Shown: in pieces, positions 40,263 to 52,468 of the stretch
Layout: every line of letters starts with the position of its first letter
Position numbering within the stretch: position 1 is the first letter of the stretch
Assembly (NCBI GenBank): GCA_973895155.1
Contig: OZ316894.1
Coordinates: 2,744,457-2,808,456, forward strand
Source of the DNA: Marsupella aquatica
Lineage: Eukaryota; Plantae; Marchantiophyta
Direction of reading: 5' to 3'
Length of the DNA stretch: 64,000 bases
The notes under the pieces: model-generated
What the model was told of the DNA's origin: nothing
Seen by the model: only the letters and a program-made list of their open reading frames with translations
Database searches by the model: none
Translations under genes and position numbers: made by a program

Positions 40263-41903
40263 CGATTCGGCCATCTCAATATCAGAAGGAGGATCAGAAG
40301 TAGAGATTTGTTCACCATCTCCTTCCTCAGAAGTAGGAATGGGTTCTCTTATTATCAATGCTTTACTCAAATTTGGCGCTTCTAGTGCCGGGACCTCCGG
40401 GTGTAGAGTAATCTCCCTAGAATCAGCAAATGGGAGTTCAATCACTTGCAGGTCCTGTATAACCTTGTGGATCTCGCCTTTGTATGGGAGATCCTTAGTC
40501 CTGGATTCAGTAAGACCGCAATCCACAGTCGGCCCTACCCATCCACGATCATTAGAGGCTGGCAGTGCATTCGCAACACCCGTGAGTACTTGACCGAAAA
40601 GAATTGGTATCTCTCCATTTTCCTTGCCAGGTATCAAGAGCCCACCTTGAGTGGGTGACTCAGCTGTTGTCACCAATACAGGTCCGTCCTCAGAGCGGAT
40701 GTCATTGTCCACAATGGGAACGGGAGCAGCCACTTCCACCACATTCACATTCTTTGCAGCACTCGTCACCCCAGCCATTTGTTCATTTAGTGCCGGCTCC
40801 ATGGCATTCACATTTTTGGCCTGAGGATCCTCAGTAGCCCTAGTCTCTTCAAAATTTCTGCAATCTCGAGCAAGATGGCCCTTCTTTCCACAACAAAAAC
40901 AATGGAAGGGTATATTTTTAAAAATTACTGGTTGCCAGATGGAAAGACCCTTCTGAATTTCCACCTCAACACTCAACGGCACTTCTCTTTGAGTATCCCA
41001 GAGGACACAGGCTCTGTCATGAGGGTAAGAACTAAGATCATCTCCCTGAATGTAATGTAGAATGTCTCCCAAGGAGGCAGCCAACTTCCTTCGGCATGGC
41101 TCTAGTATCAAGGCTCTAAAAGGGATTTCAATCCAAACAGGTAGCATCGTGTAAAACTCACTGCGTATATCGAACAATGGATCCCATGGAAAGGTGAAGA
41201 CATATTTCCTCTCAAGGAACCAAGGTGCACATGCTAGGGCAAGGTCCCTGTGTTCAGGATCTTTGAACGTAACCATGTAAAAGCTTTTTCCCACAAATTT
41301 CACCTAAGTGACAGGCGAATTCATCTCCTCTACAAAGGTCTTATTCACCCAAAATTTGAAGGTTGGAAGCATTGGTGCCCTGTCAGTGAAGTAGCACATC
41401 ATTGTGCAGTTAAAAAGTTCAGTGACTGTCTCTGCAGCCTCATCCAGGGACCACTTTATTGTGGTATGCAACTTAGAAGGCCAATCCTGGATTGAGAGAT
41501 CCAAAATCCTTCTCAAAATTGGTATGCATGCTTCAATTTCTGCCACCCGCTCCACCTCAGTAGCGCGCTATTTATCAGTGACAGTCCCCGGGGGTGCGCT
41601 CTTCTGATGAGCAAGCGCCTCATCCCTAGGTTCAATTTCTCCGCGGTCTCCAATATCATCTTGAAAGTCCTCCAAAGGGAGGCCCATAATCCGCCCTTCC
41701 ACTTCATCCATTTGAAGATGATCTTGTGTCCTCTGAGAATCCCATCTTGAGAAACCGTCCCTCTCAACACCAGAAGATCTGAGTCCATACCAGCTCTGCG
41801 CGTTACCAGTGCCTTGATTCGTACCATCAACTTGCAAATGGGGATGTCCAGAGCTCGTCATCGCTCTGACATCCTGACTTGGTCCTCCAAGCACGGAAGC
41901 CAC
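40262..41903 (-). pseudogene. LINE ORF1 (DUF4283-like domain and CCHC zinc knuckle)
   Basis: FYMVTF..APWFL..FPWDP.F..LPVWIEIP and CFCCGKKGHLARDC; in-frame stops. Confidence 0.9.
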
Positions 41904-43348
41904 TCCTCCGCCAAGTGGCTCAACACCCTTTCCCTGGGAGTAAATATGTGTTTTTTAATACAGAGGGTTGAGCCAGTAACACATATTTTGGTTGTGATCA
42001 AGTTTTTCCACTACATCAAAACATGTTTAGGTTTATTTTTAGTTACATTGTTTTTTGGATTCCTTGAGTTGAGAGGTACAAGAGTTTAGTAGTCAAGACT
42101 AAAATTGAACCCTAATTAACATGGTGAATATAAGGCCATTATAAGGAATGAAAAATTGGCCTTACGAAAAGGGGAGTTGCATACCCGAGTTGTTGTTTAA
42201 TTTCCTTTTTCTTAGGAGAGGGGACAGAAGAGGGGATGGACACACATTGACAGCATATGTAATCAATGCAATGGTTTCTAGTAAGGGTTAAATGAATTTG
42301 AATGGATCTCATTTACTTTTCCTCCCCTGGCCTCTAAATGAACTTCTCACCCCTTTAATATTAATATTCCCAGTACAAATTGGTTATTCTACGAGACTTG
42401 GTCAATACCTAATCATGCATAAACATGTGTTGTTGCTGAAGAGAAGTGTGGTGCATCCCATGGCTCCCTAAACCCAAGAAACCCCCTGCACAAGCCGATT
42501 CCCGCAGGTTTCGCTCTCAGCGAGGCCGGCTCCGCGGCTTTAGCGGCATGGGACGCTGCTAACTCCACTACTAACATTTTACACACATATACTAGACAGA
42601 TCCTTCATCGGGTCATGAGATACATAGTTGGCCTCTTCTATGCCTTCCCTTGTCCTCCTGTCCTGGCCGGTCTTCCTTTAGGTATGTTTGGATTCCGCCG
42701 CCGGAATGATCCTCAGCTGGCTTGGGTAAGCCGCTAAGACCTCTCTCAGCTCGACACATCCAACTCTTACTACCTTGCTTACTCCCTTCTCTTGGTTGAT
42801 GTGGGCAATCTTCAAACAAGTTAATGCGACACACAAATAGCAAAATGACTCCTTTTGACTGAATTATACCATGCACTTGCCATACTGTAAACAGTACTTC
42901 TCATACACAAGATCTGCGAACTAAGCCGTGAGGCCAACTCTATTCATCTCTTAGGCATGAGGAAACATGAATATACACAAGGGTCACAGTATAACTAATC
43001 GATAGCTTCTTTTACTACTTGATCCTAGCCCTGCTGGTGCTCTAAAAACTTGCTAAGGAAGAAGGTCGTGAACTCCCCGCTGCCCAGGTACTTATCTTGG
43101 CAGTGGATCCACCTAATTCCTTGCAGCGTAAGCCTAATCTATCCTAACTGAAATCTACCTATGTACATCGAGGCAGTCCGAGCACAAGTGTTGCTCTTAC
43201 CACTGGATCCGCAATCCCACTAATCTAAGTGTCAGGGCCGCCTCTTGGTCCTGATCCTAATTTCTAAACTTAGAGATTTGCGCCCACCCTGCCCACTCAC
43301 GCCTCCTCCCTCCACGCCCGTCCTCCTTAAAAGGAGCGACTCTTTGCT

Positions 43349-44383
43349 TTACTCTCCATCGGCTTGACTAGGTCCACCCTCGGCTTCAGCCTCAGCATTG
43401 GCCACGACCTCCAATACGACTACGGCCTCCCTGACATGCTCTAGTGGTGGATCCGGTATCCCGGCTTCATCACTGACTGTCCTGGCCTTGGCTTTGCTAT
43501 CCCCGCCTTCTAGGACAGTTGGATCCTCTGCCGTGACCCTACCTGAGGTTGGTGCCGGGTTCTCCTCCGTGGTCACGACGGCTTGAGAAGCCGTGACATT
43601 ACTCCCTGACCCAGAAGGTTTCCGCTTCTTCTTCTTCCCTATTTTGGTAGCTGGTCCCTTCCCATTGCTACTTACTTTCGGCACCGGTGCGAGTGTCACG
43701 GCTTGTCCTTTGGCCAGTACTACCCTTGGCAACTTGGTTGCCCCACTTGGAGTTGGAACTGATGAAGCCAAGCACTTAAATATTGCGGCTTGTTTCTTCA
43801 GCCGCTCCGTTTGGTTGTCGGCTCGTCGCTGTAAGTTCTCCATCTTCCTCGTGCTTTCTTCCAACTCCTGCGTTTCGTGCAGGTCCTTCCGCGCCTCCTC
43901 TAGCTCCTTCTGAGCTTCCTCCAATTCCTTCTGGGCTTCCTCCAATCCCTTCTTCAAGGTAGCCCTCTCCTCCTGGCTTTCTCTCAGCTCCTTGTCGAGC
44001 TTTGTCACAACCTCAGACTCCATCTTATTCATCTTGGCATAAGTCTGATCAAGTTGGTCGTCTTTCTCACGCAGGTCGGCTTTGAAGCTGGCCGTCAAGG
44101 ATGCAAGCTCCTGCTGTAGCACAATAATCCCTTGATAGGATTTCCCTAACTCGGCTTCCTTCTGCTCAAGGGCTCCACGGATATCCTCGAGCTCCCCCTT
44201 CAACGCCCTCTCCCTCCTCTGGGTCTCTACCATGGCCCAATTGTTGGTTGCTATGTGGGCCTCCTCTGCATCCCTCAGCTCTCGCTTCCACTTCTCCCTT
44301 TCCTTGACCGCATCGGCCAACTCCCCTTGGGTCCGAGTCAATTTATCTTTGATAATCTGATTATCAGACTGAGCAATATCCAA
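43349..44383 (-). CDS. Coiled-coil protein fragment inside the LTR
   Basis: 344-aa open frame with heptad repeats (LEEAQKE) and a basic KKKKRK stretch. It is probably the 3' part of a longer ORF disrupted at ~44400-44570. Confidence 0.6.
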   Translation of the reverse strand: MDIAQSDNQIIKDKLTRTQGELADAVKEREKWKRELRDAEEAHIATNNWAMVETQRRERALKGELEDIRGALEQKEAELGKSYQGIIVLQQELASLTASFKADLREKDDQLDQTYAKMNKMESEVVTKLDKELRESQEERATLKKGLEEAQKELEEAQKELEEARKDLHETQELEESTRKMENLQRRADNQTERLKKQAAIFKCLASSVPTPSGATKLPRVVLAKGQAVTLAPVPKVSSNGKGPATKIGKKKKRKPSGSGSNVTASQAVVTTEENPAPTSGRVTAEDPTVLEGGDSKAKARTVSDEAGIPDPPLEHVREAVVVLEVVANAEAEAEGGPSQADGE

Positions 44384-44608
44384 TTGCCCCTACATGATGT
44401 TTAGCTCATGCCGCTTAATCCGTAGCTCATCTTGGGCTTTCTTGGCTGCCTTCAGGTCCTCTGCCTTGGCTTCCTTCTCTCTAAGCTGTCGGATGATCTC
44501 GTCCTTCTTTCTTCTCTCCAAAGCCACCGCTTCTTCCAATCGGCGTTTTTCCAACATCTCTCTCTAGAAAAAAAACAGCGGCATGTGATAGCCAAGCCGG
44601 GACATGCT

Positions 44609-45442
44609 TCACTTGCCGATCACTTGCTGTTCCTCCTTCAAGATCTTCTTCAGCTGGGTGAGGAGGTACCCGTTGTAATCCTTGCTTGGGTCTCGCCTCT
44701 CCGCCAGGTAGACTTGTGCCTTGCCAATCTCTGGCCTTGGCAAGTTACAATGCATGGTTACCCACAAGAAATTGATCATCTCTACGATGTGCGGGTTGGT
44801 GCAGGTGTTCCAGAAGAAGCCATTCTTTGTTGATGGCCCTGGGAACGACCGGAACTCCTTGTCAGGCAAGGTCTTCCTAGTATCTACTTTGGTCTTATTG
44901 CCCATTGGCAAGCCAAACGCTTCGGCAATCACCTGGGGAGTGAGATAGAAATCCTTCCCATACACCCTTGTGGAATTGGTTTTGGGCTCCCATGATCCCA
45001 CAAATTCTAATAAGTCTGAATCTGGCACCTCCAGCTTCAGCCATGGTAATTTCACAAAGGCTTCCAAGCCGGATCCGGCCATGAAGCCCTGGTACTTCCG
45101 AGTCTGCATAGTTGTAAAGCATGCATCATTCCTCTTCACGTGCAAAGTGCAATTGCACTTCCTCGGGGAGGGTCGCCGCCCATCCTTTCTAGGTGTCATC
45201 CCTAGTTGGAACGACATTGATGGGGTCGACCTCCTCTTCTTTGGCTTTGTCCTACCTCCTGCTTCCCTGCTCAGCTGGCTTCCTCTGCTTCCCTGCTCGG
45301 CTGGCTTCCTTGGTGCCACCAACCTTGTTCTCTTCGTAGGGGTGGCCTCTTCGTTGTTGGCCCCTTTCCTCTTCATAGCGGCTGCCGTGGATGTTTCTCC
45401 GAGCATGGTTGCCTTCATCCACCCCTCCGTGCTACCCTTCAA
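44609..45442 (-). pseudogene. Retrotransposon accessory ORF (resembles the Athila/Tat extra-ORF 'putative plant transposon protein' domain)
   Basis: GLEAFVKLPW..LLEFVGSW..TRVYGKDFYLTPQVIAEAFGLP, nearly identical to 38906-39442 (+). The family assignment rests on pattern recall only. Confidence 0.6.
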
Positions 45443-47949
45443 TTCCCAGTGTATGTCGTTGCAGCGGTTGATGGCTTCCCGGATGCCGACAATTCTGTTT
45501 TTGCAAAATAGAAGGTCGTCTAGCTCATTGCCAGTAGGTGTCCATAGGAATTCAGCCTTGATGAGTTCTCCTCCTAAGAAGGCAGACTTTTGCAGCTCCC
45601 ATAGTCGAGCGAGCTCCTGCCGTTCTCGAGCTGCTCTTTCTGATTCTTTGTCCTCATAGGTCCCAATGTACTCAGTTGCCCGTTCGAACAGGCATCGATC
45701 CCCAAAAATGAGCAGCTTGATTGACGTTGTTCATATTACCCTTCTTGAGTTGATAGTCGGTATCTGCTCCCGCCTAGAGTGCTTGCCTAAGTAGCTGACA
45801 GTAGTTGGTTTCACGTAGTCGTCTGCTTAGTTCGTGCTTGCAAATGAGCCACCATTCCTTGCGATCGGTCCTTACCCCCCTCCTGCCTGGTCTTCCTTCC
45901 CGTTGGTTACCCATAGCCGCCGGCACTTAGCACGCCCTAACCCTAATTGTGTTCCCTGTCGGGGCGTCCTTACTTCCAGCCTTGGCCCGGGTTCCATAGT
46001 CACCCTTAATTGTTTATATTTTCCTTGTTTTTGTTACTATACTAATGTGTTTCCAGGGTACGTACACTCCTGATTTTACCATTTAAATTGGCCTAGTGAA
46101 TCCTGGCTAGGCATCATAAGAAGTTGCATAAAAGATGTTGCATAAAATATGTCAATGCAAAACAGATGACTGTAAAGTTGTTAGAGAAAAGGTGTCATTG
46201 TGCAAATGTTGTCGATCATTCTTCAAAAGATGTTGTTGCATAAAAGATGTCACTATGAAAAAGATGTAATAAGCGAAGAAAGTCATGGATGCAAAGCGGG
46301 ATGCAAAGTATAGAGATCTAGCTATGCAACTAAAATTACCTATCATACTCTTCTTGATGAGCTTGTGCTTAGATTTTCACTACGATTATGTCTCGGGTGT
46401 GAAAGTCAATTGTCATTTCAATTGGGTTGTCATTGTGGTTGAATGTGTGATTGACATTCCAGAGATTCCAGAAGTGATGTTGTTCATGTACAATGTCATC
46501 ATTTTGATCCTTATTGTTGCTGAAAAAGTGATGGTGTTTAGGAGGGTAAGAGTGCAGAGAAGTACAAGATGGGCAATGGTGGCTGTGCAATGGTTGAATG
46601 TGCAAGGCTTTGGGCAACATTTTGGATGTTGTTGATCTTGCTTCCATCCTATAGCATCTTCTGGCTAGGATGTATGCCCAGGCTATCAAGGATCTTTGTC
46701 TACACCTACATACAGTCATTCCCCAAGTCATTTGATCTCTCCATTTGAGAAACTTAGTTTTGCTTCCCTTTTAGGTCTTGCTTTGCTCTTATTTCCCTGG
46801 CATCATTGTCTAGAGCAAAGACAACATTCATAATTAAAGGGAAACCAATGATCATCCAACACACAAGTAGTTGGTCAACACTCAGGGATGCATGGTTCAC
46901 CTCAGCTGAGGCTACATCCAAGGGAACACAAGAGAACTTTACTGCGTGCACTCTAGGCCCCGCTCTAGGCCCATTGACAAATACCGAGTCTCCCCACTCC
47001 AAGATCTCTTCTACCTTTGTAACAATGAGCCTAAGTACCTCCTATATATCCAAGCAAACACTACTTGGGGATATACTGTGCAACACGGCTAACCTAACCA
47101 AGTCTACAGTTAAGATGAATCCTAACTACATTAACAGTTGTAACTCTAGACCTAATAGTAAATGCCTAACAATCATTTATTTAGCAACTCACACTTCCTA
47201 TTTCTTAGAGTGGGTTTCATTGAGAGCATAGCACCTTTGGCCCTTTTTGGGCACATGGGCAACAACATAATTTACATTGTTGGCAGATATATTCCTTGTT
47301 AAGGATACACCTTTTCTACTTTCATTTGTCATGGATCACTCCAATTATGAGCACCAGTTCCGGGATCAGATCTTGTTCAAATTGTATTATTTACCTTCAT
47401 TCTAGGAGGTTTTGCCTTGGTTTTTGTCCTAGGACCCTGTCCATCTTCAGGATGACCTCAATAGGTGATTGTATGCACTCTTCCACTATCTTTAGCATCT
47501 TGATTGCCAAAAGCACCTGAAACGGGAGTGAGCTTGGATTGTTTGTTTGAAAAAGAAGGTGCAAGGGGTGTCTTCAGGCCAAGCCTGGGATTCCTCATTT
47601 GCATATGTCTATGGTGGAGTTTGTGATACCCATGCATCTTTGTATGGGGCTACCCCACTCACTTCTTGTTGGCTTGCTTTCTCCTTGCACGTGTGGGAAG
47701 CTGGTAATTAATGCCATAGGGGCTGTCCATCTTCTTTGTTGCAGTTGGGAAAACAAAGAAGATGGTTCTTCTCAAAATTGGATTAAAACAACCCTAATGT
47801 TCTTCAACAAAAATTTAAATTTTTTTCATTACATCCAATAAAAAACCTTATACTTATTTGCGCGTGATGGGTTGGAAGAAAAGAAGTGAGGACCCTGGGT
47901 TCATGATTATGTGAGGGATACTATTGCTCTGTCAGGATTTCTCCCTTGG

Positions 47950-48230
47950 GGAATCACTCATTGGATTAGTAGAATGGGGGTGCAAACAAATAATTTTTAA
48001 TTATGTCAAACTACTAATTATAACCAAAATTTTATACTAAAGGCATTTAAAAATACAATTGGTAAAAATATTATTTTTTGTATTCAACAAGGTATTTAAA
48101 AATTTGTCAAAGTAGTATAATAAAGGGTACAAGGTTTTTTTTAATTGAATTTGTTTTGAAATTTTTTATTGGTTGATCTATGTTGTTTCGGGGGGTTTCA
48201 CACTAAGTTATTCCCAAAGGGTTTTCTCTA
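47950..48230 (+). repeat. Dispersed AT-rich repeat; related copy at ~63510-63710 and a partial copy at ~51855-51940
   Basis: Shared ATACTAA.GGCATTTAAAAAT.CAATT and TATTCAACAAG.TATTTAA.AATTTGTCAAAGT.GTATAATAAA.GGT. Confidence 0.75.
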
Positions 48231-48967
48231 GGACTTTGGTGCATGTGTTGCAAAAGGTGGTGCTCAACTTGCTTGGTATTTCAAAGATAAATAATCTCAT
48301 CAGTTATCAACCATCTCCATCAATTAGCCTCATGTCAGTTGCCATCTCATCAGAGAGGTTGTCGAGTTGCAGTGCAAGAAAAAAAGGGAACAAAGATTGA
48401 ATTTTTTTTATTTAAGGGATAACTAATTTTTTTTGGTTTTTTTCACTCTAGGGTGTCTGTACACCCCATCTCGGTGAGGTCAGCTGAGGTGGGTGGGTGT
48501 CCGTACAGTACAGACACCAAAAAATTCCAACAAAAAAATTTCCAAATTTTTTCCCGAAATTTAAGATATCTTTTTTTTTGCCCAACATTTGTTGCCGTAT
48601 GTGTCAGATTTTGTTTTTACGTCAAAATTGATAACTGATGCTCTTGTGTACCCCGGTATTTCACAATGCACAATAATTATGGGTTGATCAATTAACATGG
48701 TTTGTGATGGGCGATGTATCTTGGTTGATGTTGTGATGGCCAATACAAGGGCCAATACATCATTGAGATAGTAGCAACAAGAGCTGAGGCAGGAGTAAGT
48801 TACACATTCGGCAATGACAAAACTAAGAGGTAAATATGTTGCACACACTTAGCATCATTTGCCTTGCTCTTGAGATATAATTTTAGGCGACTACATCATG
48901 GATCAATTTAATGGAATTCTTAATTTGATAGGCAGCTCACAATGTTCATAGTCCAATGGGTCCTATC

Positions 48968-49295
48968 CTCGGGGGGGTCACTATATGGAGGGTCATACAT
49001 CGCGTGCGACGTTTTAGGGTTTGACCCCCCTAACTTTAAAGTGAAAAATATTTTTTTGCAAAGCCCTTTCTTTCTTAAAATTTTGTCATTTTTTATTAAA
49101 AAACCCCTAAAAACTTTATAGAAAGTATTTTTTGCAATTAAATAGGCCTATGTGTTCTTTAAAGTCGACCAATCAATAAAACATGCCCTATGTGTTCTTC
49201 CACCAAACTTTGGAAGTCTTCCGCCACACCCATTTAAATGGGCCTATACTTCGTCGCACGTGATGTGTCACTTCCGTGGAAGTGACCCCCCCGAG
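48968..49295. mobile_element. hAT-type MITE (328 bp)
   Basis: TIR CTCGGGGGGGTCAC / GTGACCCCCCCGAG with an 8-bp TSD GTCCTATC (48960-48967 and 49296-49303). A decayed relative lies at ~51490-51665. Confidence 0.9.
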
Positions 49296-49969
49296 GTCCT
49301 ATCAGACCTCCAATATTTATTTTGACCAAGTACTTTTGTCAAGGAATTTCAGTGACATTACAAATAATGTGCTCAAGCTTGAGCAATCTATCATCAATCT
49401 CTCACCATATATAGGTGCTAGTGTGCATCCATAGAGGCCTCCCACTTACTAGATCGGCATCCCTATCTTTCTTGGAGGTATAGTTACAACAAAAGATGTG
49501 GACCATCAGCTCTTGACATGTTTGCTTAAGACATGGATCATTAGTTCATCACGCTAGTGTAGTGGTTGCTCTTTCTAACCCTTTTTTCTTTTCCTCTTCC
49601 TACACTTTTGGGGTTGTTTTTGGCTGCCTCTTTTTGTGTTTGCTTTTTGTCCTCTTTGAACCTCTTTTGTGCCCCCTTGATCCTATGATGAATTAGATTG
49701 GCAAACTCAATGGCAAACAGTGCTTCATTTACTTTGTTTGTTCATTTTTGTGTAAACTACAGTTCTTTGGTTTTCAAGTTTGTAAGTAGACTACAAATTA
49801 AAAGCTTTGGTGGGACTAGCTACATATTATAGTAGTTGATTTGGGTTATATGTACTTTTTATTAGGGTAAACACAAGATTAGCATAGGTACGTTAGATGT
49901 GACATTAATTAGGGGTAAGGGCAAGAATCAGTAATTATACAAGGGAGAGTTCTCCCTCATTCTCCTACT

Positions 49970-50280
49970 GGGGTATTTACAAACGACAGGAAATAGCAAA
50001 TAGTAACAGAAAATAGAAACTGGTAACAAGAAAATGAGTGGTAATTTTTTTTGATTTTTTTTTTTGAATTTTTTTTTTGGGAAAAAAAGTTTTTTTTTCT
50101 TCAAAATATTATTATTTTTGCTAGCGCCCGGCGCTGGTAATGCGCTCCCAAAGCTAGCCAAAAAATGTTGTAACTTAGATTTTTTTGGAAAATGAAACTT
50201 TTTAGAAAATATTTTGACATGGTTATTTTTCCTGGTACCAGTAAACCTGTTTCCTGTTTTCTGTCACGCGTGCCATACCC
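49970..50280. mobile_element. MITE, same family as 54410-54781
   Basis: GGGGTAT..GACAG / CTGTCAC..ATACCC ends flanked by CTCCTACT on both sides; shared core GCTAGCGCCCGG.GCT.GTAAT. Confidence 0.82.
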
Positions 50281-51944
50281 CTCCTACTCATCTTTCTCTC
50301 ACCTCTCCTTTATCTCCTCTCCTTTCTAACCTTGCAAATTTGTGAGCTAGCAACAAAACATACATAACATAAATCCTTTGGGAATTGAAACCCCCCATGT
50401 TCTCAAAGTTTGCACCATCCAAAACTGTTAACTACTTGACAATAATTGCTAAACCAAAACATTCCACTTTTACTAGTTAAACAACAGAGTGTACTTCTAA
50501 TTGATGATATTCTATATGAACATTATGTTTTGCGGGAAAAATAGAGCTTGCTAAGTCTGGAATTAAATTATGTAGAAAATCCATGTCATCCAGTACATTT
50601 AAAGTATCCAATCATTGGAAACTTTAAATGTAAGGATACCCATTAATTTTGTCCCATGTGTTGAACCCTATATAACTAGTGTGACTTTTCAGTGGAAAGT
50701 GATTTCTTGGAGGTTACACATTGATCAAGAGACAAAAGTTTGATGAACTCAAATAACTGTTCTGAAACTAAGACTAGAGCAATTTAATTTCATCCTGGGG
50801 GTTTCACTTTCACAAAAAGGGCACATATATCAGGTGAGACGAAGAAGAAGCTTATTTTATTGGTTCTAAGGGAAGACTTAAGATCTTCTCAGAAGAACAA
50901 TAGGAATTTTAAAATCTAGTTCTGAGACTTTTAAGAACATTAGGGTTTTTAAATCAAAATTTTGGAAAATTTCAAGAAGATTCCAACTTTATGAGGGTTG
51001 CAAAATAATCTTTTTTCCTACATTTTAGGGGGTCGGAGGCCTACAAATGTTGCAGGTGATGGGGAGGCCTCCACAAAGTGAGACCCACAAGATTACGTCT
51101 GTGTCAAGACTCTAGGGTACCTGTTGACTTCCCCTAGCCTGACCCTCCTCAAAAGTAGAACTCCAATGGACTTGTGTTATCTTATTTATAAAGTGCGAAG
51201 GGGAATTTAGGGTCAGGGTCTAGGCTTCTAGAGTGAAGCCTCTAGATCACGACTCTACGGCCCCACCAAACTATTAATATGTGCATATAAAGAAGATGTG
51301 CATAGATTTACATGATGATATATTATCATGTATGACATAAATCATGATTGTTTTTTACCATTTCATTAATTAATATGTAACGAATGAGGATAGGGAAGTC
51401 TATATTTTGTTACATTTTATTGTGCTCTTCTCTAATCACATTCAAAAAACGAGTAGTGACGGGGCTAGTTGACATTAACTTGCATCAAGTCTGGGGGGTC
51501 ACGATATGGAGGGCCATACATCATGCACAAAGCATTGGGTCATTTATGACCCTCTAAATAAAGTTGTACGGCACCAATCATTTCACCTATATTTTGATTG
51601 AAAACTTAATAAGTATTTCGCCAAAACCATTTAAATGACCCTGTACTTCATTGCGTGATGTGATGTGATATTTTTTGACACTGTTCCTTGCACTTTTTTC
51701 CTCAAAAGTTTGAACAGTGAAATATGCACAAAAATGGGTTGATAAGGTTTTTTGGGAGTATCCTATAAGTATGATAAGGAATCCATTTCCTTAAGTAGAG
51801 CCACAAGACTGAGAGGAGGGTGACACACAAGGACCTTTGTGATGCCATCATGGCACTTGGGAATCACTTGTTAGATTATTAGAAAGGGGTGCAAACAAAT
51901 AAAGGATATTTTAAATCTTGTTGGGATAATAATTATAATCAAAA

Positions 51945-52468
51945 GGCACTGATACTGCTCGATATAACCGGATCTAGGATGAGATCTGGGAGGAAACTTT
52001 GCCTGAAACTATCGGAAACCTTTTTCCATTCCAGAAAACATCGGACCCCTCGGATAAAATGACGAAGGAGAGGTCGATATGGTTGCCTTCGGACAACTTC
52101 CGATATGTTTACTATTGCACCTAGGTTTCGAACCAATATCTTTCCCAATATCATGTCCGTTGTTTTAAATATCAGACCATGTCCGTTTGTTTTTCCAACG
52201 AGCCTCAGGTCCGAGTGTATTTGCATCGGAAGCTAAAGCCTTACTTTTGTCGTCTCTTTGCAATGCTATTAATTTTGGACATTGTCCAATAGTTCTGGTA
52301 TGGGATATGGTTTGCGATGTAGTTTACATCGGTACCTTTATTTCCGATATATTATGAATCGGAAATTATGATGGTTTTAATATCGGAATTTGTCCGATGC
52401 ATTCAGTTTTGGACGGGTAAAAGAAGCCGCAATTTGAGTATCGGAAAGAGACCAAAAATGTACTAGTG
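51945..52468. mobile_element. Terminal fragment of a third CACTA element
   Basis: Ends ..AAAATGTACTAGTG (reverse complement CACTAGTAC) with dense TCCGA/TCGGA subterminal repeats, and truncates a LINE ORF1. The other end was not found. Confidence 0.8.

Larger units (their letters stand above)
17065..41940 (-). mobile_element. L1-clade LINE split by nested insertions (5' boundary approximate)
   Basis: Minus-strand order is ORF1 (41903-~40262, then 32199-31871), ORF2 endonuclease-RT-zf-RVT (31795-27963, then 17895-~17373) and an A-rich tail at ~17065-17103. Assigning the 40-42 kb ORF1 piece to the same copy is inference. Confidence 0.75.
42447..46118 (-). mobile_element. Solo LTR (or internally deleted LTR element), 3,672 bp, containing ORFs
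   Basis: Ends TGTGGTGC.. and ..GCATCATA (the sister copy has TGTGATGC), with a perfect 5-bp TSD AGAAG at 42442-42446 and 46119-46123. No gag or pol motifs are seen. Confidence 0.85.

Noticed and set aside
40253-40264. AAATACCCCCCG as a remnant of the missing CACTA-2 TIR
   Set aside because: It is a 12-bp match near the junction but lacks the terminal TAGTG and the expected TGT TSD; chance cannot be excluded.
37985-46118. One large TIR element formed by the two inverted LTR-family copies
   Set aside because: The right copy has its own AGAAG TSD at 42442-42446 and 46119-46123, so the two are independent insertions in opposite orientation.
46150-47700. Possible decayed gag-like or other coding remnant on the minus strand
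   Set aside because: The frames are short and carry no motif I can identify with confidence.
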